Part shown: piece by piece, positions 11,800 to 24,044 of the stretch
Position numbering within the stretch: the first letter of the stretch is position 1
Layout: each line of letters begins with the position of its first letter
Source: Girardia tigrina
Lineage: Eukaryota
Reading direction: 5' to 3'
Assembly (NCBI GenBank): GCA_001938485.1
Contig: MQRK01238598.1
Location: forward strand, 1-57,102
Length of the DNA stretch: 57,102 nt
Program-made: the position numbers and the translations under genes
Notes under the pieces: generated by a model
Databases searched by the model: none
What the model was told of the DNA's origin: nothing
Seen by the model: the letters and a program-made list of their open reading frames with translations, nothing else

Positions 11800-12410
11800 A
11801 ATATTCAAGCGAGAGTGAATTAGAACTTCAGCATGCGAAAACTGCTGAAAAAACGAAAAGAAGACAAGAGAAATCGTAACTGAATCTGCGACGGTGAATT
11901 TGACACGAAACAACAAGCAATGGATGTTATAAACGGAGAAAATCGTTGGGCGTACCACTACTCAAAAAACCTGTTGATGATGACAAACTTTACTATCGCT
12001 GCAAACGAATGAAATACCACGATGTACAGTGCAATGCCAGCATTTATCTACTATTCAAGAGTACTAACGAGCAGATATATTTGTTTCGAACACAGGAAGA
12101 CCACTCATTTGCTGGTCAATAAGCAAGAGGCCTTACTGTTGAAGTCACAGAAGAGATCAAACGTATGTTTGAGTTGAACGTCAAGGCTAAAAAAATACTT
12201 GAAAAGCTTAGAGAATAAAGTATACCGATCAAAAATAAATCCCAGGTTCAATACTATTTTAAATAAATTGCATTCTGAAAAATATCGACCGTCTAAGATC
12301 AGCCTCGGTAAACTGGAACGTTGGTGTCAAGAACATACAAGTCTGATTGACTATGATGAAGACAAGCCTGTTGTTATCGGATTTCAAATAAGCATTGATG
12401 AATATGATTA
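11800..12410 (+). pseudogene. MULE-type transposase N-terminal remnant
   Basis: YYRCKRMKY..VQCNASIYL (WRKY/FLYWCH-like CxxC) and ISLGKLERWCQEH..DEDKPVVIGF. Lies between the long TIRs. Confidence 0.55.
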
Positions 12411-12870
12411 CTACAATTCCCCAGTCGGTGCTCACTGCATGTGCGATCAATACTTCAGTTTGTTCAAGCACATCTAACACAGATAAGGGTATGCCGTGAA
12501 GTTCAAGCATGAACTCACAATTCGTCTACAGAATCTTTCTCGTCTAACACAGCCCCTTCCTGGAGTAGAAAAGTATCTCTAGGATTGTGTTTAGGATCAC
12601 GAATGTGCGACAGGTCTTGCGCATCACGTCCATAACAGAAGGCTTTCCACATTCTTGCAGACCATTGGATGTTTGATCGGACAGAGGCAATCGCAATAGC
12701 CTTTTCTCTGCCTGATAGGAAAACGGCAGCTAGTGGTTTGCTATTGGCAGGGATCCATCTGCCAAGCGCACCTACAACAAATGTGTAACGCAAAACTGTG
12801 TGATCACGGTATTTATCTTTAATTGCATCGCGGAGAGGCTTGTACTTAGCCAAGACACTTTCGAAGAAAT
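12410..12870 (-). mobile_element. 5'-truncated RLE-type non-LTR retrotransposon (end of endonuclease plus 3' UTR)
   Basis: ORF 12515-12877 contains KYKPL...TFVVGALGRW, the K-Y / GALG motifs of R2/NeSL restriction-like endonucleases, followed by a ~100-bp UTR. Confidence 0.8.
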
Positions 12871-13480
12871 ATAGCAATCTTATCTCTTATCTTGGAAACT
12901 AATGGTGGAAGAAACCTGATACGATTCATTCTGTAAAAAGATTGAGATAATAAGAGATGGATGACTGTCACAAAATTTGACGGTGATCCCATATTTCTAA
13001 TGTAGAACATTTACTTTTAAAATTATACTTTTTTAAAATTAATAAAATACTGAGAAATCAATTAAAAAAATACAGAGAGTTTTATTTTTTTTACTGAAAG
13101 TAAAAATACAGGCAGATAAAATTCAATTAATTTGAATTAATAGATTGATCGGAAATTCTATACAGACTTCGGAAAAAAGCTTCTATCCATATTTGAGATT
13201 TTTAAATAACGACCTAAATGTTATTTACACTTTAATAATTGTTGAAGTGAGAATCGATTGTAAACCGCTTTAATTTATTTCTGATTTTGGTTTTTGTGGC
13301 GATATCGATTTATTATATTTATGCATATTATATCAATACTAAAGTATATATTGAAACTAGTAAATCAAAAAATTAAATTTTTAATATCCATTCTTTATGC
13401 AGACAGAACTCTACTTTGCAAAGAAAGTTTTAAAATTTAAAATATTTTAATTAAAAAAACACATTAAAAATTAATATAAA

Positions 13481-13611
13481 CTACTTATAATTTATACAAG
13501 AGAGCCACCCAAATTTGTGGCAGTCGCAGAGGTTAACCAAACCGAAGTGCAAGGGTGGGCCTCACCATGAGGAGTGCCGTTCTTGAACACACATCGCTTG
13601 TGCCAGGTAAG
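13481..13611 (-). pseudogene. U1 snRNA-derived sequence (5' end to Sm-site region, stem-loop IV missing)
   Basis: Minus strand begins CTTACCTGGC (5' splice-site recognition sequence). It has loop I GTTCAAGAAC (U1-70K-site-like), GGTGAGGC, loop II CTTGCACTTC (U1A-site-like), CTCTGCGA..CCACAAATTTGGG and a decayed Sm region ATAAATTATAAGTAG, all in U1 order and spacing. Confidence 0.88.
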
Positions 13612-13935
13612 GTTCAGGTCAGGTCAGGCGACCTGTCTGCAACAGATACCATGTGAACCTGTAATACATGTCCCATTGTCGAATAGTTGGTGACTAAACC
13701 AGCTCCCTCACCCAGAGCGACATGGATGAAGAGGTATGTGGACACCTAACAGGATAAAAAACAAAACCTAGCAAAGGGCAGATGAGTTCCTTGGAGCCAA
13801 CGGCCATTCATACTTGGAGAAGAGATAGGCACCACCAGGTTCATTGCTTACTGAGACACTCAAAAATTATGCAAACCCAAGCTCATAATGCTTGTGCATA
13901 ATTGAGTGCACTCACGGCCCAACGGCTACGGTAGC
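13481..13935 (+). mobile_element. Non-autonomous retroposon copy 2: antisense U1 head plus the same ~320-bp body
   Basis: 13612-13935 is colinear with 1283-1601 (GGTCAGGTCAGG, ACCTGTAATACATGTCC, GTTGGTGACTAAACC, GTTCCTTGGAGCCAAC, AGATAGGCACCACCAGGTT, GTGCATAATTGAGTGCAC, GCTACGG). The A/T-rich flanks resemble a decayed TSD. Confidence 0.85.
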
Positions 13936-14145
13936 AAAAAAATTTATAAATAGATATTTTGCAATTCACATTGTTGGGGAACTCCGAATTTTCCGTTTTT
14001 TCCAATTTTGTACCTTAAAAAGTTTTTTTCGATCAAATTTTTACATAATCATGTATTTTCATTGAGAATGAGTAATAGTGTACAACATTTGAAGAAAATT
14101 GATTGAGTAGAAGGCCTTCAAAATAGGTTTCAAAATTCCATGGAT

Positions 14146-14194
<49 letters not shown>
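14146..14194. repeat. Compound (CA)n(TA)n microsatellite
   Basis: Directly visible. Confidence 0.95.
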
Positions 14195-14198
<4 letters not shown>

Positions 14199-14317
14199 GT
14201 GAGCTAATAAAAAGAATGGAAAAAATACATCCATTAAAATATATATTTAAAGACATTATATATCGACGGATCAACCGTCATATTCAGGTCACTGATTAAT
14301 AATTTAATTCACATATA

Positions 14318-14499
14318 CAGTAGCCGCTGATTTATTTGAATCCTTGGGGATTTGTAAAAGGTTCAAATAACTCAATTATGAAAACTATGCCATAATTTTA
14401 AAAATGCCATTAAATCATTTGGAAAAATAATGAAACACTATTTTGAATTTTACTATTTTCTTCAAATAACTGAGAGTTTAAATAACTCAATGAGCACTG
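14318..14499. mobile_element. Tigger-like MITE
   Basis: TA|CAGTAGCCGCTGATTTATTTGAA ... AAATAACTCAATGAGCACTG|TA, with repeated TTCAAATAACT subterminal motifs. Confidence 0.55.
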
Positions 14500-16250
14500 T
14501 ATATAAATGCAGAAAATGGTTATGTAGTCGATTGCATGAAATCACGCTAATCAAACATTATTTATAAGCTGGTTGAGACTGCTGATTGAACGTTGATTTT
14601 AGAGAAACGTTACCTAATTAATAATGCTTCACACGACACTCTCTCGCAATAAAATTATCGAAATGTTATACTGAATATTGAAATTATCAATAGTAATATC
14701 ACATTTACATTTTTCATGTTTTGAAATATTGCTCTTACCCTCTTTTCGACCATGCTCTTAAATTCGTTTACACATATGATGGCAGTCTCTCTTATTTATG
14801 TGGCATTGTACCCATTACCTTTAAATTCATAAAATATTAAAAAAAGGGTTAAAGGTGTTTAAGATTCTTTTCTAAACATATTTTGAATTTTATGAGATAG
14901 TTCGAGAAATCAGAGGTTTGCTTCTCCTGACTGTTCTAAGAAAGAAATCGTAGTATCCTTTGACACTAAAAATGTGACAAAATATTGCTTTATTGTACCT
15001 TATTGTGAAAGATTGAAAAACTTTTAAAATGCAATATTAAAATCAACTAACAATAAATTTAAATTTTATAATTCATTTCAAAATATGTTCAATAATACAT
15101 TTACTTCTCCTTCTATATGTCATAAATAAATAAATACTACATAAATACATAGTTATATAAATAGATAATATGAAGTTTTAGTATATTTTATATATTGTAG
15201 GTCACTATGTACATAATATTGTAAATATAATATTTTACAGTTTTATAGCATAAAAATTTTATTATTTGAGAAAAAAAACAAAAAAAATAGTAAAAATTTT
15301 ATTCATTTTTATAATCCTAAAGATAAAATTTCTAGATAAATTATTTATGATAAAAAATGTTTATTTGATTGTCTGAATTCAATTTTCAAATGAACTTCAA
15401 AAACGTCTTTTAATTAATTTTCCTAATTTTTAATTAATGTTAAAATTAAATTAAGAAATACGGTTGAATAATTTTTTATGAAATTTTAATTTATATATTA
15501 CTTTGAAATATGAAATTTATTTTTTATTCTATTTTTTGCAAAAAGAAGTATTATTTGCGATAACATGAAAAATTTCCAAATGAAATTAAAATAATAATAT
15601 TTAAATAAAAAAATCAAAATTAATATTAATTTAAGAATTAATTTTAAATTAAAATAAACAACTTTATTAAAATTTTCACCAGAATCTACTTAAGCAATTG
15701 TATGTCTTGTATATATATAATAAGACAGAGAAAGTCAATAATAATTCAAATAAATTCCATTTATTCCTGTAATTTCGAAGCTTAACTTCAAATTCAAATT
15801 ATTATTAAATTATTAAAGTTACAAACTTTACTACTGAAAGTCTTTTGATTAACAACGAATAAAAAAATAATGGGAAATTTAACAAGAACAGAGAGAAAAT
15901 TTCTTGGAAAGGATTAATCAGAAAACAGTATCTCGAAACCTTTTTTTATATGTTTTTTTATTTATATGTTTTATCAAAACAAATTGTTTCATGTAAGAAC
16001 ACAATTGAAGAAATTAACAACTTTTGATTTATGTAAGATATTACTAAACCCCAAGTAACACATGAAAGCTTCAAAATTCTCAGCAAAATATATTTAGACT
16101 GTATAAAATGATTTTTCAAACCTATTCTCGTGATCTAAATATCTTATACTATTTTCTGTGGAATTATCTTAAGGAAAACGTGTACAAACCAGAATTTAAA
16201 ACACTTGAAAAGCTTTGAATACGAATAGAATAAGAAATAAAAGATATATA

Positions 16251-17084
16251 AGCCTCCCCCAACTGAGCGGATAACTGAGTATCGTAGATACTACAGTACG
16301 GGAATTGGCTTACAGGGTAGTGAGCCATAGACTTTGTATCGGGTAGAAATCATAAATAGACAATCCAGAACCTACTGACTTTCTCGCACAACTTTAGATG
16401 CAACAATGTGTGCTTTCAGTTCACTAGCACGCTTCGGTTTTCCAGCCAGAAAGGACCAGTCATGATCCATCGTACCGTGATTCTGTAGTGCTTTGACTGT
16501 GTAAACACGTTTCCTACAATGAGTAAAGGGACACCGAAATATACCCACATCAGTTGTATTACTTAACCGAAAGTCAAGAACCACCTTGGAATCACTCTTC
16601 AGTTCGTCTTCGAGGTACCGTCGAGGGGCACTGACACATCATGCGTCGCGATTGTGTTCGCAGATTTTGTATATTCTTCATTTACGTTATTTTGTGAAGC
16701 ACTAGTACTACTGGTACTGTCTTGGGTTCGATAATCGATCAATAAATATCGCTTTAACCATCCATCCGTTTTATAGGTCTTGTGACAATTTTCAATGGGA
16801 CATTGGAAAGTTTTGTCACCATTCTGATTCTGTAGCGTCGTGGCCGTAGACACGTTTTAATGTGTATTTTTAGTACATTCTGTTCCGCAAAAGCTTCGAA
16901 ACAAGAATAATATGTGCATTATACTATTTTTATTTGCGACTGGAGCATTTTCGGATACTCTTTTCACCGTTCAATCACTTCTGTTAGTTTTTAAGACACA
17001 GTTCCTTTGATCAGAAATTTGAATTCCTCGTCAGTGTCGAAAATTCCTCTCTAATTCAAGCATTCGTAGTATTCGATTAGATCT
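16251..17084 (-). mobile_element. 5'-truncated RTE-type LINE with C-terminal C2H2 zinc fingers (related to 32448-34220)
   Basis: FQCPIENCHKTYKTDGWLKRYL and FRCPFTHCRKRVYTVKALQNHGTMDHDWSFLAGKPKR match the fingers of the 32.5-33.3 kb copy. Both copies end GGGAGGC on the minus strand. Confidence 0.75.
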
Positions 17085-17119
17085 AATAAAATATAATATA
17101 ATATTTTATAATATAATAT

Positions 17120-19620
17120 ATCACAGCCAGCAAAATTATTTGGTCTACTGAAAATTCATAAGGTGGCCCAATACTTTCGATGATAAACGCTGCACATTAT
17201 AAGATTGAAAAAAACATTTAAAAAGTTATTAAAGCCTTTAATTAAGAACTCCTTAGAATGTAAAGACAGGTTTGATTTTGTTAACCAAATAATAAAGCAA
17301 AAAATTGGGACTGATTAAGTAATGGTTTCTTGTGATGTGGTCAGTCTTTTCACTAATGTTCCATTGGACGAAATAATTGACATTTGTGTTAAACTGTGGG
17401 AGGAGCAAAAAAATTTTCGATAAGAAATCATCAATGAATAGCAAAACTTTCAAGTCTGTCTACTCGAATTTGGCACAAAAAAATGTGCCCTTCTTATTTA
17501 ACGACGAATGGTATAAACAAATCGATAGTGTGGCCATGGGGTCCCCATTATCCTTTTTAATGTCTTTGTTATAATTCAAGAGGAATAATCTGTGAACTCT
17601 AATTGTTCAAAAAAAACAAATAAAATAACCTTAGCCAAAGAAACCAATGTAATAAGCCAACGCAATCAAAAGTCAAAATAAAGTCAAAACTAATGTTTAG
17701 CCAAAAGTTTCGCTTCTTGGTAAAAATAAAATTTCTTCTACGTTTATTTTAATTAATTCAATTATTGTTCTGTGGACAGAAATTTTCTTGCCTTCTTTTT
17801 TTATGGGAATACTGCGGTGGATAATAATAATTATTGTCTAATATTCGCAGTTTCTAATTAATATATTTATTGATTTTTTTTAAATGCATTTAATAGGTTT
17901 TTAATCAAAGGAATTTGTTATTCAATTATCAACAAAAGAAGTCCTGTACCTCATAAAATACATCTAAATGTAAAAATCAGCAAATATGATCACTTTATTA
18001 TTGAAAAAATCGTTTAGAGGTATTCGGGTACTTATATGTGTGTTTTAACACGATGTTGTTGGTGGTTCACCCACATTTGATGTATTATACAAATTAATAT
18101 AGATTATGTCCATTATTCAGTTTTCCACATTCAATAAAAATTTTTTTAAGTTTCTTTTAAATGAAATATTGTGTCACGGTCAGTAACGATTCTTCCAGTA
18201 ACGATCAAGTATATTCTATCAGAATCCCGAAATTCAGTAACGCAATGATACATGGGCAAAATTCTATGTAAAAATAATTTTACTAAATAAAAAAAATGTT
18301 AACAGTTTACAGTGCAGGGTGAAAACAAATAAATAAATAAATAAATAAGCAAACATTCGATGACACAATCAACAATGAAAACTCACACATCAAACGCGGA
18401 AGAGTTACAAGAGCAATCGAAAGCAAACACAAAGGTCAAAGATTACACACAAAAAAATAATAACGTAGTGTCAAGGGAAGTATTACAGTCTTAAATTTTT
18501 CTACAAAGCCTCGAAGTCAGATTAAATGAGTTTGATGGGTTCTACCGTTGTACTATACTAGATAAGTAGATGACATTTTCCTAATTTTCCAAAAATGATG
18601 TCATTTCAATTCGTTTCTTGATTTTGGTAAATAAACCCCATCAAAATATAAAATTTACAAGTTAAGTTGAAAATGGTAATATGATTTCGTTTTTGGATAT
18701 ATATATTAATCGAGAGAAAGACAGACGTTTATGTGACGCAAGTGTTTAGAAATTCAACGGAAACGGGTTTATACAGTGGACCAAATAATTTCTCTGATCC
18801 AAAGTATAACCGGAATATGATTAAGGGATTAGTTCCCAGAATTTGGAGATTATCATCATCATATGAGAAGGAGGATGAAGAACTGGAAGAATTAAAGATA
18901 CAGCTAGGTAATAATGGATACAACCAAAACTTTTTGAGTTAAAGAATCAAAGAAACGGTTGATTCAATTTCTAAAAAATCAATGGAAAATAAAAATGCAG
19001 AAAGAAATTTAATCGATGATACCAAAAATAAGATTATGATAATGTTGAAAATAGCTTACTCTGAAGGATGAAAAGATTTTAAAAAATTTTTAATTAAAAG
19101 AATGCCTACATTTTTTAATCTTAGAGTAATATTTACCACAAATAGATTATCGAGATATTTTAGCAATAAATCACGAACTGATTTGAGTGTACAAGCTAAT
19201 CTCTTTATCAGTTTAAATGTCACAAGTGTGAATCCTTGTACATTGGAGAAATAGACGAACATACACAAATGAATAGAAACAGCTCCATTCTCGATTATGT
19301 TCATAGTTGTCATGATCGTGAAAAAATAAATTATGAAAAAGAATTCAAATTGTTGAGTAAAAATTTTGACACAAATTTCGAGCGGATGATCACCGAGGCA
19401 TTATTTATTAAGTAATTAAAACCATCCTTAAATATACAAAAAATTTAACTAAACCCCTTAAAGTTTTTTTAAGAAATATGGAAATTATGTATGGTGTAAC
19501 AGTCAGAAAATCATTTAAATGACTTATAATTTTTTTTAAATATTCATTTTAACTGACGATGCCTGTAAAGGTGAATTTATACTACGTACTTTTTGTAATA
19601 ACTACGTGATGCTAGATTTT
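17120..19620 (+). mobile_element. Decayed Penelope-like element (RT plus GIY-YIG plus pLTR), split by ~0.9 kb of unrelated DNA (~17575-18500)
   Basis: KLFGLLKIHK, DVVSLFTNVP, FNDEWYKQIDSVAMGSPLS, VDDIFLIF, FLDIYI, VFRNSTETGLY, YQFKCHKCESLYIGE, EALFIK..KPSLN. Confidence 0.85.
19547..19590 (+). ncRNA. Degenerate pLTR hammerhead ribozyme
   Basis: CTGACGA-T-GCCT-GTAA-AGGT-GAA at the expected place, ~80 bp after the PLE ORF end. The 3' core is mutated. Confidence 0.4.
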
Positions 19621-19834
19621 TAAACCCCCATATTACTTAATAAAATACTTTTGTCTTGACGTTTATATTCCGAATATATAAAAAAAGATGTTACATAAAT
19701 ATTCTGATACACTGCAATTATTGATTAGAGAGACAAGTCAATCAAGAAATTGTGCATCGAAAATATTATCTTAATCGAGATGATACTTTAAAGGATAAAT
19801 TAAGGGAGTTTTTTATTTATAAAATATTTACATA

Positions 19835-20400
19835 GATGAAATCGTAGTTAATTTTTGAAGTTTTGGATTTAAATCTTCTGTTTAATCACAAATCAAAGTT
19901 GTATAGATAATATAACAGTACGATATGTAATGATATTTTCTTATCCTTTTCAAAATAAACTCGTTTTCCTATGTTTGAATAAAATATTGTGCTTCCTTCA
20001 CCATCAATTATTCCTTTCAAAGCAACCTTCATCATAAACAGGGAGAAGTGATCAGCGAGGTACAACAGGAACTCAGTGTAGATGTACAATTGATTGTATG
20101 TTTGATGATGAGAATGAAAATATTCCTCTGGAGATGTGTATATTAGAAGATGAGGTTGCGAAAATGATGAAAAATCTACTAAAATGAATATAAAAAAAAC
20201 AAGAGAAAGAGGAGAAAAGAATGCTTTACATGTATTAAGAATTAAGGTAGTTTTTTTATTTGTAACATATTTATATCGATGAAATTCCCAGTAATTTTGG
20301 AAGTTTTAGATTTAAATTCTCTGTTATATCACAAATCGTAGTTTTCTACATAATATCAACGTACGATATGTAATGTCATCTTCTTTAGACTTGGATATAT
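19835..20400. repeat. Diverged direct duplication (~110-130 bp units ~445 bp apart)
   Basis: 19835-19945 and 20279-20390 share GATGAAAT, GAAGTTTT.GATTTAAAT, ATCACAAATC and GTACGATATGTAATG. Confidence 0.75.
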
Positions 20401-22019
20401 ATAACGCGTTTATTTGAACTATAATACAAAATGTCTTCTTTCTGGTCGATCTTTCAGTTTTTACAACTTCAAAAATACAAACTATTTAGTAAATAACATG
20501 TAATGGAACCTTTTAAAAACTTTCATAAATGTATAACTTTGCAAAGGATATTTAGACATTTGTTATGAGTCTCTCATCATATATCATCTGATTGTATTTT
20601 ATATTTTTAATTAAAAATCCAGCAATTTAAATCTTTCACAAATTAATTAATTTGTACGAGTGATATTTGAATTGGCCGGGGTAAAAAAATTAAAAATATC
20701 ATAAATGTTGAAAATACATTTCTATTCGGAATTTAATATTAAATTAGAGAATGAAATTAAATGTAAATTGTTAACAATAAGTAGAGATATTATAAATTTT
20801 CTTTCGTACTTAGCTTCATTGGTTTTATAGTAAATTACCTAAAAAATATAATTTACTATAATATATAATAATAATACATAAAAATATAATACTGCCAAAA
20901 CCATTTTTTTGTTTTAAGAAATGAATAAAATCTTAAATAAGATTACATTAGATGTTGACTAAAATTTATTTGTTCTTTTTGAACTTGCCAACCTCGAAGG
21001 TTGTCACTGGAAAGAGACTGATTTGAATATTCGTTTTCAAGAAAATATGAAAATGATAAGAAAACGATGAGAAAATAGTCCAAATTCTTTAACTAATGGA
21101 TCGAGTGACCTAAATGGAACATTTATAGCACATTTGTTCTGTCATCAATTGTGAATTTTAAGTGCCTTTTAAAATGGCTCTATATAATCGAATGATGCGC
21201 ATCTAATTACGACAAGGTTTGTCGGTTAGGTCTTGATCTAGTAAATAATTCAGATCAATTTACTGTCTTGGTAAATAAACCGAAACCTCGGAGAAGGTCA
21301 TAGATTTCTTGAATTTTTATAAGGTTAAATATTTAAATAAATAAATAATTCTACTAATTTTCTGTCATTTAAGAATATTATTAATTTCGAAGAGCAAATA
21401 CAAAAATATTATATCTTTTCTAAGTCAAAATTTAAACCACAAAAATATAAAATAATTTATTTGATATTACGAAAAAATATCTTTTTTATTATACATATAA
21501 AATAAATAAAGAAATTCAATTGCAAATTTAAAACAAACTTTTGTATCCTGTTTGTAAACAAAATAAACAAGAATTTTTGAAGGTTTGTTTGAAAATTGAT
21601 TAAAATTAGCAAAGAAAAGAGTTTGAATAAAACTTTTGTTTGATTAACTTTTTTTACGAATATTAAATTCGATCAGGTTTTGTTTATCAAACGATTTGAG
21701 GAAATTAAAAAATGTAAAAAAAATGAAAAAAAATAGTAAAAAATTGAAAGCAAAATTTCAATTAATAATTGGAATTTATTTTCCAATGAAAAAAAATAAT
21801 TACCGCATTTTTTCGGGCTATAAGTCACACTGTTATACAAGACGCGTCGAACATAAAAAAGAAAAATTTTGAAAACCTATATACAGAGTTCTTCATTCAT
21901 TTTAATCCATATAATATCATTGAGCACCATAAAAATTCACTATATAACACTATAAAAACACTATAGCAAACCATTCAATTTAATCAATAAACCAAACAAA
22001 TTCTCTTATGCATTTTATG

Positions 22020-22370
22020 GAATTGGTCTTTTTTGCAAGTTTTGCCAAAGAAGCGACATCGAATGTTGATAGGGATGTCACCTTTAGCATCTTGAATCAT
22101 ATGCACCAATGCATATGCATCCTTTGTCACTGTTCTTGTTCCATAGGGACCATCATTTATGCAAAACGATTGATCGAGAATCTCAGCATTCACGGCCTTG
22201 ATTTCGCCTTTTCAACAGGAAAATGCCCCTTCGATCGGATTTAGAAAAGAACTGTACAGAGGCAAACACTTTAGCATGTACCGTCGGTACAGGATCTCTT
22301 CCAGTTATCGAGTACAAAAGCGAACCGTTTGTCTGGAAAAGCAAGATCCAGCAAAAAAATGAAGGAAAAT
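22020..22370 (-). pseudogene. Tc1/IS630-like transposase C-terminal remnant
   Basis: VRF..R.LEEIL...MLKCLPLYSSFLNPIEGHF corresponds to the LPPYSPxLNPIE motif that carries the catalytic E. Confidence 0.7.
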
Positions 22371-22377
22371 GTAGTGA

Positions 22378-22379
<2 letters not shown>

Positions 22380-22413
<34 letters not shown>

Positions 22414-22463
22414 NNNNNNNNNNNNNNNNNNNNNNNNNNNNNNNNNNNNNNNNNNNNNNNNNN

Positions 22464-22512
<49 letters not shown>
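22380..22512. repeat. (TA)n microsatellite spanning an N-gap
   Basis: Directly visible. The YIYI ORFs are artefacts of it. Confidence 0.95.
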
Positions 22513-22517
<5 letters not shown>

Positions 22518-23229
22518 ATTAAATTTTGTAGATATAAAAAATTATCCATCTCCACAAGATTATTCTCTCAACACAACAGTCCATTTGATGATACAATGGG
22601 GATGATTTGAATAGATGATGTATTTGCAATTCCCATTATCAAACACAATGAAAATTAATTCCAAGAAATTCAACAATCGTTCCTCATTCAAAAACAAAAC
22701 AATCTCTCAAGCTCGATTAACAATTTCAATTCTAATACAGTATTATTCGATACCCGCGTTTTCTATCAATCTTGTCGCAAACATTATTTATCAATCTTTT
22801 TGATGTTAGTTATTTATATTTTTAAAAATGAATTTAGTCAAAATTTATTTTTTATATTTTTATTTATTTAATTTCTATCGTTAAAAGAGTTCATTGAACT
22901 TTAATTTGTTCAGTTAGCTCTTTTACAATTGGTTTCAGAAGCAAAAACGTATTCTCGCCTCACAAACACAACAATCACATAAATCATAAACCACAATTAT
23001 TGGCACTAATAATACGACCAGTCTACCATTCGTATTCAACCCAATTACGTTTACATTTACTGCATCAAATTCAATGACTCCATACAAATTCAATTACCAT
23101 TCATATAAACAATTCAATTTTACAAACAAACCCTAATAGAAACACAATTAAACAGAACATCAAATCATATAAACCAGTTAACTATCGATTTCAACAATTC
23201 TCACACATCACAACATCGGAAACGAATTC

Positions 23230-23480
23230 ACAATGACACCCAAAGAAATAACTGAAACTCTATTAAAACATTTAATCAAAAAGATGCTAAATATAGAAAA
23301 TGAAAACAAAATCTTTAAATTAGAATTACTGGACCTGAAAAAAAACAAAAAGAAATAAATTTAAAACTTTCCAAAGATAATCATAGAATAATACCTGATT
23401 TAGAAAGAAAAATTTGTTAGTATCACTTAAATTTTAAAGAAGATGCTTTGAAATGTCAACACCCATGTTTTTTCAACAAG
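23230..23480 (+). pseudogene. Gypsy-type gag C-terminal remnant
   Basis: C*YHLNFKEDALKCQHPCFF matches the CxYHxxFGxxAxxCxxPC motif of a Gypsy gag group. Confidence 0.5.
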
Positions 23481-23669
23481 AAAAACATACATACAAAACA
23501 AAATTTCGCATCTTTTACAATTCAAAAATTATTATTACAGAAATTTTGTCACTGATTTAACAACTAAGGCAAAAAAAGAAAAAAAATACTTCAAAAATAT
23601 AACTCCAGAATAACACAATCTTGAATCTTAACTTGAAGATCAGATTCTAGAAAAACAGGCCCCAGTAGG

Positions 23670-23955
23670 TTTTACAATTAAAGTATTGTTTCTAACTAAT
23701 AAAATTTCTAATTACTTATCAAATAAATATAAAACACAATTGGGTATGAAAGCAAATTTAGTTTACCAATATAAATGTCACAAGTGTGAATCCTTGTACA
23801 TTGGAGAGACAAATCGTCACCTCCGTACTAGAATTGCAGAACATACCCAATCAAGTAGAAAAAGCTCAATTTTGGACCACATAGTGAAATGTCATGGAAC
23901 TCAAAGGGGGGTGTTTGATAATGATTTTTGGGTTTTGATTAGTAACTTTGATCAC
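23670..23955 (+). pseudogene. Penelope GIY-YIG endonuclease fragment
   Basis: NLVYQYKCHKCESLYIGETNRHLRTRIAEH...SSILDH. Closely similar to 19190-19310. Confidence 0.9.
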
Positions 23956-24044
23956 AATTGTCTTTTTTGGTTTAATCAATATTACATATACAATTACTTA
24001 TATTACAAATTTCTGGATTCCAAACATTCTTACTTTTTATTTTA

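Larger units (their letters stand above)
10254..13172 (+). mobile_element. MULE/MuDR-like element with long imperfect TIRs, hosting a hAT and an RLE-LINE insertion
   Basis: 11575-11630 (CAGTAAAAAAATAAAGCTCAGTATTTTTTCAATTGATTTCTCAGT) is the inverted copy of 13045-13097. Outer ends GTATCTGTATA / TATACAGAC. Contains an internal transposase-like remnant. Confidence 0.55.

Noticed and set aside
21801-21850. pogo-like left TIR similar to the 3525 MITE
   Set aside because: No matching right TIR found; too short to call an element.
22223-22610. ORFs containing YIYIYI runs (also 14059-14274)
   Set aside because: Microsatellite translations.
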